A stretch of DNA of 62,540 nucleotides, counting the filler. It is 6 parts of 6 records of this genome, joined end to end, with 100 filler letters (N's around TTAATTAATTAA, not from the genome) between each part and the next. Parts side by side here need not be neighbours in the genome. Positions count along the whole stretch, not along the records: positions 22,667 to 40,995 come from SRR33789315_75; positions 41,096 to 45,205 come from SRR33789315_80; 4 more parts are not named here. The stretch is one strand, 5' to 3'. A program made the translations under genes and the position numbers. This document shows positions 34,034 to 43,268 of the stretch, in pieces; within the stretch, counting starts at the first letter, position 1, and the number at the start of each line of letters is the position of its first letter. Under the pieces are notes generated by a model. The model was not told where the DNA came from. It saw only the letters and a list, made by a program, of their open reading frames with translations, and searched no databases.

Positions 34034-34558
34034 ATGCCGCATATAGATTTAAAAATCATCAACTTAAATATAAGTCATCTGGAAGAATTGCTCGCCATTA
34101 GCAGAAGCACCTATTCTCATACTTTTGCCAGCAGCAATACACCTGAAGATATGGAAGACTATCTGAATAAGGCTTTTAATACCCACCAACTCACTCAGGA
34201 ACTAATTGAAAAGGAGGCTGTTTTTTACTTTGCTAAATGGAATGAAAAAACCGTAGGCTACTTAAAGTTCAATTTTGGAAAAGCGCAAACAGAGCAGCTT
34301 CCCGGTAATGGCATGGAACTGGAACGCATTTATGTACTGCATGATTTTCAAGGGAATCGCATAGGCGAACAGTTACTAGCTTTTACCCTAAAAACTGCCC
34401 AAGAATACCAGCTGGACTATGTCTGGCTAGGGGTATGGGAGAAAAACCTAAAGGCGATTACCTTCTACCAAAGAAATGGATTTGAAATCATAGGAAGTCA
34501 TCCGTTTCAAATGGGAGATGATATGCAAACAGACTATCTTATGAAACGAGAGCTATAG
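34034..34558 (+). CDS. GNAT acetyltransferase (PaiA/SSAT-like)
   Basis: ELERIYV..FQGNRIG, VWLGVWEKN..AI.FY. Confidence 0.9.
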   Translation: MPHIDLKIINLNISHLEELLAISRSTYSHTFASSNTPEDMEDYLNKAFNTHQLTQELIEKEAVFYFAKWNEKTVGYLKFNFGKAQTEQLPGNGMELERIYVLHDFQGNRIGEQLLAFTLKTAQEYQLDYVWLGVWEKNLKAITFYQRNGFEIIGSHPFQMGDDMQTDYLMKREL

Positions 34559-34678
34559 TTTGTAGTAATCGGTTTTGTCTATCTAATCCTAGTTTTCCTC
34601 CTTGTGGGAGAAAGACCCTTATCCTTTAATATTGACAAGCAATGACAGTTTGAAGAACTAATCCTATCTTTAATAGGT

Positions 34679-35875
34679 ATGAAGCCTATAACTAAATATG
34701 CAAAAAACGGGGATATTAATATTGCCTATCAAGTGGTAGGACAAGGTGCTGTTGATCTCCTATTTGTTCCGGGTTGGGTTTCTAATATTGACATGATGTG
34801 GGTCGATTCTAAAATGGCGTCTTGTCTCACGCAACTCGCCAATTTTTCCAGATTAATCGTGTTCGATAAAAGAGGAACAGGTCTTTCAGACCGCGTAAAC
34901 CCCCTATGTACGCTTGAAGAAAGAATGGACGATATTTTAAGTGTAATGAATGCAGTAGGAAGTGAAAAAGCCATTCTTTTTGGTCATTCAGAAGGAGGAA
35001 CCATTGCATGTCTTTTTGCTGCTACTTACCCAGAGCGAACCATTTCTTTGATCACATTTGGGGTATTTGCAAAAAGAAAATATGCTATTGATTATCCCTG
35101 GGCACCTAAACCCGATGCACGTGAAATTTTCTATACTACCATTCAAAAAGAATGGGGAAATGGTCAGAAGATGGGTTTAGAATGGATTATGCCTTCTATG
35201 AAAAGTGATAAGGATTATTACAATTGGTTTGCCAGTTATTTACGTGCTGCGGCTAGCCCGGGAGCTGCACTTGCTCTCGCTAAAATGAATACGGAATCTG
35301 ACATCACAGCTATTGTAAATACCATTAAAGTTCCCACATTAATCCTTCACAGAAAAGATGATTTAGATGTTAATATCGAAGAAGCTATCTATTTAGCCAA
35401 AAGAATTCCCAATTCTAAAATGGTAGAATTAAAAGGGAATGACCATTGTTTTTGGGTAGGTGATTCTTTTTCTGTAATGGAAGAAATGGAAGAATTTGTA
35501 ACCGGAATAAGACCTAGTGGAGCTATTAATCTGCCCTTAAAGACCACCATTAATTATACGAAAATTGATATTGAAAGTACGATGCTGGACAATTTTCAAT
35601 ATGATTTAAAAATAGAGGCGTTCGCCAAGCTATGCGGTCGAAGCCTGTCTGTATTTAAATTAGATTTTGATAAACATTTTAACACCACACCTTTTAGATG
35701 GTTAAAAGCAAAACGCCTGGACTATGCAAAAACACTTTTGCTAGAATCCGATTTAACCATCAACCAGATTTGTTATGAATGTGGATTTAAAAACACGTCT
35801 CATTTTATAAAATCATTTAAGGCAAAATTCAAACTCCCTCCCCATCAGTTTAAGTTGAAGCATATAAACCGTTAA
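34679..35875 (+). CDS. Alpha/beta-hydrolase-fold domain fused to AraC HTH
   Basis: N-terminal FDKRGTGLSDR, GHSEGG; C-terminal CGRSLSVFK...ICYECGFKNTSHFIKSFK. Confidence 0.88.
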   Translation: MKPITKYAKNGDINIAYQVVGQGAVDLLFVPGWVSNIDMMWVDSKMASCLTQLANFSRLIVFDKRGTGLSDRVNPLCTLEERMDDILSVMNAVGSEKAILFGHSEGGTIACLFAATYPERTISLITFGVFAKRKYAIDYPWAPKPDAREIFYTTIQKEWGNGQKMGLEWIMPSMKSDKDYYNWFASYLRAAASPGAALALAKMNTESDITAIVNTIKVPTLILHRKDDLDVNIEEAIYLAKRIPNSKMVELKGNDHCFWVGDSFSVMEEMEEFVTGIRPSGAINLPLKTTINYTKIDIESTMLDNFQYDLKIEAFAKLCGRSLSVFKLDFDKHFNTTPFRWLKAKRLDYAKTLLLESDLTINQICYECGFKNTSHFIKSFKAKFKLPPHQFKLKHINR

Positions 35876-35998
35876 TAAATTACCCTTTTTATGCAGTATA
35901 AATTAAGACGTTAGAACACATTATTCAAACTTCTTAGCAAATCACATTCGTTTTATTTACCTGAAATTCACCACTGTATTAATCAAAAAATAAATAAA

Positions 35999-36730
35999 AT
36001 GAAAAAAGTCATTATTTTTATTTACGGCGTAGTGGCGTATGTAATCTTCCTGATTGCTTTTCTATATGCCATTGGGTTTGTGGGAAATATTTGGGTACCA
36101 AAAAGCATCGATTCTGGAGCAGAAATTGCTGTCTTAAAGGCAATATTAATAGATGCCCTACTCCTAAGCATATTTGCCTTGCAGCACAGTATTATGGCAA
36201 GACCGGTGTTTAAGAAGTGGTTTATCTCCGTTTTTAGTCGTGCTATAGAACGAAGTACCTATGTTCTTTTATCCAGTGTTGTTTTAGGCTTAATGTATTG
36301 GCAATGGCAACCCCTTACCACCCTTGTTTGGAAATCAGATAGTAAAATCATTACTACAATGCTACTAGGCCTATTTTTTTTAGGATGGTTTATTGTGCTT
36401 CTTTCAACGTTTATGATTAATCATTTTGAACTTTTTGGGTTAAAACAAATTTTTGATAATTTGAAGAATAAACAAACCCCAAACCCAAGATTTCAAACCA
36501 ATTACTTTTATAAAATGGTAAGACATCCTATTATGTTAGGTTTTATAATTGCGTTTTGGGCAACGCCTACCATGACCGTGGGACATCTCATGTTTGCGGT
36601 AGTAACTACCCTCTATATTCTTATTGCCATACACTACCTAGAAGAAAAAGACCTTCTCAAACACATTGGGGAAGAATATGCAGTGTATCAAAAACAGGTT
36701 CCTATGATTATACCGTTTACAAAAAAATAA
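35999..36730 (+). CDS. mddA: Methanethiol S-methyltransferase MddA-like membrane methyltransferase
   Basis: FLYAIGFV..VPKSID, FALQHSIMARP.FK, IERSTYVL, INHFELFGL, VRHPIMLGF..AFWATPTMT.GHL, EEKDL. Confidence 0.82.
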   Translation: MKKVIIFIYGVVAYVIFLIAFLYAIGFVGNIWVPKSIDSGAEIAVLKAILIDALLLSIFALQHSIMARPVFKKWFISVFSRAIERSTYVLLSSVVLGLMYWQWQPLTTLVWKSDSKIITTMLLGLFFLGWFIVLLSTFMINHFELFGLKQIFDNLKNKQTPNPRFQTNYFYKMVRHPIMLGFIIAFWATPTMTVGHLMFAVVTTLYILIAIHYLEEKDLLKHIGEEYAVYQKQVPMIIPFTKK

Positions 36731-36816
36731 TGCCTCTTTTTAGTTAATTTAGTATCAAACTCTTGCTACAGCGTCATTGGATTCTGTAGGGTAACACTTT
36801 TCTAAAAAATAACAGG

Positions 36817-38304
36817 ATGTCAAAAATCAGGGAATCAGCTATCGAAATGAGTAAAGAAGAATTTCGAAAAATTGGATATCAATTAATTGATGATATATCT
36901 GATTTTATGGATTCAATAGCGCAAAAACCGGTTACTACAACTAAAAGTCCGAGCCAATTACAACACCTATTGGGAAATGCTTCTTTACCCGAAAATGGAA
37001 CTCCTGCAACAGAGCTGATGGCTAAAACTACCGATTTATTATTCAACAATTCGTTATTTAATGGTCACCCAAAATTCATGGGGTATATTACTTCGTCTCC
37101 TACTCCCATGGGCGCCTTGGCAGATTTACTGGCGGCTTCTGTCAACCCTAATGTAGGGGCACATATTCTAAGTCCTATTGCTACCGAAATTGAAAAGCAA
37201 ACCATTAGATGGTTAGCTCAATTTATAGGCGTATCACCAGACTATGGCGGTATACTGGTTAGTGGTGGTAATATGGCAAATTTTACCGCATTCTTAGCTG
37301 CCAGAACAGAAAAAGCCCCTAAGCATATTAAAGAAGAAGGCATTTCAAACAACCAAGACAAACTCACCGTTTATTGCTCTAAAGCCACACATACGTGGAT
37401 TGAAAAAGCGGCCATTTTATTTGGTTTAGGCACTAAATCGGTACGGTGGATACCAACCGATGCATCTAATAAAATGGATACTGAAGTTTTAGAAACCACC
37501 CTGAAAAAAGATCTGGCAAATCACTGTAAACCCATTATGGTTATAGGCACAGCCGGTGATGTAAGTACGGGAGCTGTAGATGATTTGAGTGGTATAGCCG
37601 CTATTTGTAAGCACTATGACTTATGGTTCCACATTGACGGAGCCTATGGGGCTCCTGCTGCAGTTCTCCCGAAGTACAAGGCGTTGTTTGAAGGACTACA
37701 AGAGGCCGACTCTATTGCCCTAGATCCTCATAAATGGTTATATAGTCCGTTAGAAGCTGGCTGCACGCTAGTAAAAAACCCACAGCATTTAATGAACACC
37801 TATAGCTCACATCCTGAGTATTATAACTTCAGCACGAGTAAAGATGACATTGCGCTAAACTTTTACGAATACGGACTTCAAAACTCCCGTGGTTTTAGAG
37901 CTTTAAAAGTCTGGCTTAGCTTACAACAAGTAGGAAGAAGTGGCTATGAAAAACGCATTCGTGAAGATATTGAACGCTCAGAACTCTTGTATGATTTAGC
38001 TGCAAAGCATCAAGAACTAGAAGCCGTTTCGCAACATTTAAGTATTACTACTTTGAGGTATATCCCATTAGGAGAAACCCAAGACAACCCTTATCTCAAT
38101 CAATTAAATGAAGAAGTGTTAAATGTCTTACAAACCGGCGGAGAAATTTTTCTGTCAAACGCCATAGTTTTTGAAAAGTATTGTTTGAGAGCTTGTATTG
38201 TAAACTTTAGAACCTCCCAAAAAGATATTAAAGAGAGTATTGAAATTATAGTAAAAGCAGGAAGAAAAGTACATCTAAAACTCTCCCCAATAACCGAATC
38301 CTAA
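36817..38304 (+). CDS. Group II PLP-dependent amino-acid decarboxylase
   Basis: SGGNMAN, WFHIDGAYG, ADSIALDPHKWLY. Confidence 0.9.
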   Translation: MSKIRESAIEMSKEEFRKIGYQLIDDISDFMDSIAQKPVTTTKSPSQLQHLLGNASLPENGTPATELMAKTTDLLFNNSLFNGHPKFMGYITSSPTPMGALADLLAASVNPNVGAHILSPIATEIEKQTIRWLAQFIGVSPDYGGILVSGGNMANFTAFLAARTEKAPKHIKEEGISNNQDKLTVYCSKATHTWIEKAAILFGLGTKSVRWIPTDASNKMDTEVLETTLKKDLANHCKPIMVIGTAGDVSTGAVDDLSGIAAICKHYDLWFHIDGAYGAPAAVLPKYKALFEGLQEADSIALDPHKWLYSPLEAGCTLVKNPQHLMNTYSSHPEYYNFSTSKDDIALNFYEYGLQNSRGFRALKVWLSLQQVGRSGYEKRIREDIERSELLYDLAAKHQELEAVSQHLSITTLRYIPLGETQDNPYLNQLNEEVLNVLQTGGEIFLSNAIVFEKYCLRACIVNFRTSQKDIKESIEIIVKAGRKVHLKLSPITES

Positions 38305-38314
38305 GCCATAGCTC

Positions 38315-39220
38315 ATGTATGAAATCGTAGCCTTTACTTCAGAAAAAGCCACCTTAAAAGGGCGCTTATACCATCCCAAAAATACAGCTAAACCACCCAT
38401 TATAATTATGGCTCATGGGTATTCGTCCACTATAGAGGGTATGTGTGCCGACCGTTATGCTGAACAGTTCTTTCACGCGGGTTTTGCAGTACTCTTATAC
38501 GACCATCGTGGCTTTGGCATTAGTGGCGGAGAACCCCGCCAGCAAACAAACAAGTGGATTCAAGCACGGGGTTATCTGGATGCTATCCGGTATGTCACTA
38601 CGTTATCAACTGTTGATGCAGATAAAATTATTCTTTGGGGAGATAGTATGAGTGCTTGTGAGGTGGTCGTGGTCGCAGCCATTGATCATCGCGTAAAGGG
38701 CGTAATTGCGCAGGTACCTGCTTTTGGCGATGAGCTTCCTCCGCCAGACCTAGCTGGCAACCTTTTTAGTTCTATCAAAGCAACCTTGCTCACCGGGGAA
38801 GTTGCAGGAACTCCAGAAACCACAATAGGACCTATGCCTGTGGTTTCGTTTAACCAAGATGTTGTCCCATCTATGCTCGTAGAATTAACTGCATACAGAT
38901 GGTTTATAGAATATGGCGGAAGGTATAACACCAAATGGGAAAACACCGTAACCCACGTGGTGCCCCAGGTGCCCACTCCGTTTAATGCGGTAGTATGCAT
39001 CCCCTATATCAAGGCTGCTCTTCTTTTAGTGGTAGGTAATGAGGATGAAATGGAAGGTGCTAATGCTGATGTGGCCCGGCACGCTTATAACATTGCTCCT
39101 CAACCCAAGCAACTTGTTGAAGTGGATGGAGGTCATTTTGGAATAATCCATTATCCCAGTCCCCTATTTGACCAGTCAAGTAAGGCACAAGTTGATTTTC
39201 TGAATGCGCATTTTAAATAA
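38315..39220 (+). CDS. Alpha/beta hydrolase
   Basis: IIMAHG, YDHRGFGISGGEPRQ, WGDSMS elbow, GGHF. Confidence 0.87.
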   Translation: MYEIVAFTSEKATLKGRLYHPKNTAKPPIIIMAHGYSSTIEGMCADRYAEQFFHAGFAVLLYDHRGFGISGGEPRQQTNKWIQARGYLDAIRYVTTLSTVDADKIILWGDSMSACEVVVVAAIDHRVKGVIAQVPAFGDELPPPDLAGNLFSSIKATLLTGEVAGTPETTIGPMPVVSFNQDVVPSMLVELTAYRWFIEYGGRYNTKWENTVTHVVPQVPTPFNAVVCIPYIKAALLLVVGNEDEMEGANADVARHAYNIAPQPKQLVEVDGGHFGIIHYPSPLFDQSSKAQVDFLNAHFK

Positions 39221-39384
39221 GAATATAAAAGTACCCTTATGCCAGAAATCAAGAAATCAGTTATCAAAACAGGCATGAAGCATTTTAAAAAAATAAGTTT
39301 CAAAAAATCAAAATATCTGCAATTTAAATAAAGTTACATATTACCTATATCAAAGGCTTAAAAACATCTTAATACCAAACATCC

Positions 39385-39560
39385 ATGAGTAAAGCAATAA
39401 AGCTTGAAAAACCCTTCCGAATTGAATTCACGGAAGTAGAAAGATTTGCTAAGGGTAAAGGCGTTCTGATGCCGGCGACCCATAAAAATAGGGAATTCAT
39501 AGAATTGAGAAAAGTTATTTAGGGCAAGACCAACTTAATAAAAAACAAGAATTACCTAAT
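39385..39560 (+). pseudogene. Possible 2H-phosphoesterase (2'-5' RNA ligase family) remnant
   Basis: KPFRIEFTEVERFAKGKGVLMPA..EFIELRKV, then frameshifted LGQDQL..ELP; family assignment from memory only. Confidence 0.35.
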
Positions 39561-39788
39561 AAATTATTTTTCAATACAATCAGTCTAATAACGCAGCAAA
39601 ACAGAGGAAAATGGAATGTTATAAAAGAATTTGATATAAATAATAAAAACATTGTTCCATGCCAATAGTTCCCACTCCCTTCTTTCCTTTTATAAAAGTT
39701 AATCTTCCAGACACATCAATATCTTATATCGCTGTTTTTTACTTAATTTAGTGTCAAAATCAACGCTAAGGCATCTATATAGTGGGCT

Positions 39789-40478
39789 ATGAAGAATATT
39801 AAATTGAAGTTGAATATTGATTGGAAATCAAAAATTATTGATCTTTTAATTGTAATTGTGGGTATTACAATTGCTTTTAAATTAAACACGTGGAATGAGT
39901 CAATAAAAACTAATTTAGGAGCAAAAGATTATATAGAAAGTTTTCATGAAGAAAATAGTACTAATGAGGCTAATCTTGTTTCTGCTCTGGAATTTTCAAA
40001 ATCAAACAAAAAGGATATAGATACTTTAAAACAAATTCTTCTATCCAAAAAATATGCTGATAAAAGAATCAAATTACTCACCGCAAGTATGATAGGATTG
40101 GCTAATTATAGTCCTTCTATTACAACAATGGAAAACATTACTGCATCAGGAGAATTTAAATTAATAAAAGATGTTGAACTCAGAAAACGAATTATTAATA
40201 CCTACAATTCTAATAATACAACATTAAAATTAGAAAGCTTATTGTCAGAATACATTAACAAATATGTAACTCCTTTTTTCTTTGAAAATGTACGCTTTAG
40301 TGACTTTAGTTCTATTCATTCTGATTTTATAAGCGAGCCATTATTTGAAAATATTGTTTTTGGTTATGACGTTTTGTTGAATCAACAAATAGCTGGATAC
40401 CAAGATAATTTAGAAGAAATAAAATTGTTGAATGAAAAATTAACTACCACTAACAATACTTTCTATGAAAAGCACTAG
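39789..40478 (+). CDS. N-terminally anchored hypothetical protein (DUF6090-like)
   Basis: DLLIVIVGITIAFKLNTWNE anchor; SGEFKLIKDVELR; very AT-rich. Confidence 0.7.
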   Translation: MKNIKLKLNIDWKSKIIDLLIVIVGITIAFKLNTWNESIKTNLGAKDYIESFHEENSTNEANLVSALEFSKSNKKDIDTLKQILLSKKYADKRIKLLTASMIGLANYSPSITTMENITASGEFKLIKDVELRKRIINTYNSNNTTLKLESLLSEYINKYVTPFFFENVRFSDFSSIHSDFISEPLFENIVFGYDVLLNQQIAGYQDNLEEIKLLNEKLTTTNNTFYEKH

Positions 40479-40598
40479 TTCTATTTTCTGAAGCTACTAA
40501 GTAAATTTGTATTTATATGGCCGGATATAGAATATGAAACAGCTTGCTTGTATTCCCTGCCCTTTTCAGAAAAACAGGCTGCACTTCCCTAGAATCTT

Positions 40599-40825
40599 TT
40601 GATTAATGCAGATACTATTGCTGCGAGGGGTAACCTTCAAAAAGCGAAAGGAACATTAGAAATAGATGCTAAAGGATTAGTGGTTGCTCCGGGTTTTATC
40701 ATTATGCTAAGTTGGGCAGTAGGTTCTTTGATGGCAGAGGGGAAGTCTCAAAGTGATGTCAGGCAAGGTGTAACGTTAGAAGTTTTTGTAGAAGGATGAT
40801 CTATGGTACCCTTAAGTGAAAAAAA
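40599..40825 (+). pseudogene. N-acyl-D-amino-acid deacylase fragment
   Basis: IDAKGLVVAPGFIIMLSW...SQSDVRQGVTLEVFVEG*SMVPL; in-frame stop, no remainder. Confidence 0.75.
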
Positions 40826-40967
40826 GAACCCAAATAGGCTAATCTATTTCAGTCTAATACAAAAAAACTATCTGGAAATGCGGGGATAAAAAAGTGTGAC
40901 AAGTGCTATGTAATAAATACAATTTTCAGGCTCTAATGCGGAAGTGCTGATTGAATTACCAAATCCT

Positions 40968-40990
40968 GTCAGGCTGAGCTTGTCGAAGCC
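40968..40990 (+). repeat. REP-like element at contig end
   Basis: GTCA-GGC-TGAGCTTGTCGAA-GCC. Confidence 0.7.
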
Positions 40991-40995
40991 CTAAT

Positions 40996-41095
40996 NNNNN
41001 NNNNNNNNNNNNNNNNNNNNNNNNNNNNNNNNNNNNNNNTTAATTAATTAANNNNNNNNNNNNNNNNNNNNNNNNNNNNNNNNNNNNNNNNNNNN
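40996..41095. other. Artificial contig spacer
   Basis: N44-TTAATTAATTAA-N44. Confidence 0.99.
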
Positions 41096-41897
41096 AAACA
41101 TCACCTTGTCGGCCACCTTCGGTTGGGGCAGATGCAGCAGCTTGCTTTAAGTACTTTATAGACTCGCAATTGTTGTTGTAAGCCCTTAAAAAGCTAATAC
41201 CAAGCAAATAATTTAATGAGGCATTTTTAGCTTGACTGTCATAAAATGGTAAAAGAAGGGCTAGGGTAGAGCTGTAATATTCGTTTTCAAATAGTTCTAT
41301 GGCTTTATCAACTCTTACGTAACTTTCAAGTTCTCCACCAGCAAATTCTATAAGGTTAATAGGTACTTGCCCTTTTTTGATTTCTGAATAATATCGGTAA
41401 GCCAGTCTAATATCTTCCTCAGGATTAATCATTCCTTCATCAGGGTAGGGAATACCTTCAAAAAGCTCCATGTCTACTTTAAAAGCTTCTTCATTGCTTT
41501 TAAATCCATCTGGCACTTCGGTTGATATTTCGCTTTCTAGTAAATCATCATCGCTATTTAATTCCTGAATATCAAAAGCTACTGCTTCCTCTATATCATC
41601 GAATTTAGGTCTGTTTCTTCTTTTACTTTTCTTTTTTTCTTCTTGAGACTCTTCTTCTGCCTCTTCAAGTTTTTCTTTTCTGGCTTGTTCGGCCTTAATT
41701 ATTTGAATTTCTTCACGGCTTAAGCCTTTATAATCAGTTGTTTCTTCGTCGGATTTATTTTTGTTGCCTTTTTTACCCTTTTTTTCTTGCTTGGGTGCTG
41801 GGGCTTCCGGATCACGGGCATTGGGGCTAAAAAACTGTGCATTAACCCCTATGCTTAACGTGATAAAAAATATGAAACTGATTATTTTAGAATTCAT
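41096..41897 (-). CDS. Exported protein with charged low-complexity region and TPR-like helices, truncated
   Basis: Signal peptide ending VNA/Q; K/E-rich segment; LNYLLGISFL..SIKYLKQA. Confidence 0.65.
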
Positions 41898-41903
41898 TCA
41901 ATT

Positions 41904-43217
41904 TTAAATTTCTCTATTAGGATCGAAGCTCTCAAGAATTTCGGCTACTCTTTTTACGAAAGAACCTCCTAAGAAACCATCTACCACTCTATGATCGTAA
42001 GCGTGAGACAACATCATGAAGTGACGAATAGCAATCATATCACCTTCTGGAGTACTAATTACAGCTGGTTTCTTAACTATGGCACCAACTCCTAATATAG
42101 CAACTTGAGGTTGATTAATAATAGGTGTACCAAATACGTTTCCAAACGAACCTAGGTTGGTCATGGTATAAGTACCACCTTGAATTTCGTCTGGTAATAG
42201 TTTATTCTCTTTCGCTCTCTTACCTAAATCGTTTACTGCTTTGGTTAGCCCAACAAGGTTTAATTGATCGGCATTTTTAATAACAGGTACAATTAGGTTT
42301 CCTGAAGGTAAAGCAGCTGCCATACCAATATTTACATTGGCTTTCTTAACAATTTTATCTCCATCAGGATGAACAGATACATTAATATCTGGGAACTCTC
42401 TAATGGCTTTGGCAATGGCTTCAATGAAAATAGGGGTAAAGGTTATTTTCTCACCTTCTTGAGCCAGGAATTTGTTCTTAATTTTGTTTCTCCAGTTAAC
42501 AATGTTGGTAACATCGGCTTCAACAAAAGAGGTAACGTGCGGTGAAACAGATTTACTCATTACCATATGGTCGGCAATAAGTTTTCTCATTCTATCCATT
42601 TCAATAATGCTATCCTGACCACCAACTGAAACTGCAGGTGCTGGAGCAGGTGCGCTTGCCTTCTTAGCTGCTGCAGGAGCAGGTTTGCTAGCTGGAGCAC
42701 CATTTCCGCGGTTTTTAACGTAAGCTAAAATATCGTCTTTGGTAACTCTACCTTCTCGGCCACTGCCTGTAATACTGTCTAACTCTGACAAAGAAATGTT
42801 TTCTTCTTTGGCAATGCTTTTAACTAGCGGAGAATAGAAGTTATTACTTTCAGAAAAATCTGGAGCAGAACTGCTAGCGGCTATCGTTTCGTTTACTTGT
42901 GTTTCTATTTCTGCAACTGGTTCTGGAGCAGATTCTGTTTTAGGGGCTTCTGAACTTGCTGGAGCACTTCCTTCGCCTTCTATTTCTAGAATAGCAATGG
43001 CTTGACCAACTTGAGCAACTTCACCTTCTGGAACAAGTATTTTAACGATTTTTCCGTCTTCAGGAGCTGGAACCTCAGAGTCTACTTTATCTGTGGCAAT
43101 TTCCACTAAAGTATCATCTGCTTCAACGGTATCTCCCTCAGAAACCACCCAATTGTTAACGGTAGCTTCGGCAACACTTTCGCCCATTTTAGGCAATAAA
43201 ATCTCAATCTGTCCCAT
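41904..43217 (-). CDS. 2-oxoacid dehydrogenase E2 (dihydrolipoamide acyltransferase, probably branched-chain type)
   Basis: Lipoyl EIATDKVDSEV, E3-binding GSGREGRVTKDD, catalytic DHRVVDG. Confidence 0.93.
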   Translation of the reverse strand: MGQIEILLPKMGESVAEATVNNWVVSEGDTVEADDTLVEIATDKVDSEVPAPEDGKIVKILVPEGEVAQVGQAIAILEIEGEGSAPASSEAPKTESAPEPVAEIETQVNETIAASSSAPDFSESNNFYSPLVKSIAKEENISLSELDSITGSGREGRVTKDDILAYVKNRGNGAPASKPAPAAAKKASAPAPAPAVSVGGQDSIIEMDRMRKLIADHMVMSKSVSPHVTSFVEADVTNIVNWRNKIKNKFLAQEGEKITFTPIFIEAIAKAIREFPDINVSVHPDGDKIVKKANVNIGMAAALPSGNLIVPVIKNADQLNLVGLTKAVNDLGKRAKENKLLPDEIQGGTYTMTNLGSFGNVFGTPIINQPQVAILGVGAIVKKPAVISTPEGDMIAIRHFMMLSHAYDHRVVDGFLGGSFVKRVAEILESFDPNREI

Positions 43218-43268
43218 TTGTAAAGTATAAGTTTAAGGTTGACAAAATTAGCCGAATTCGTGTCTTAA

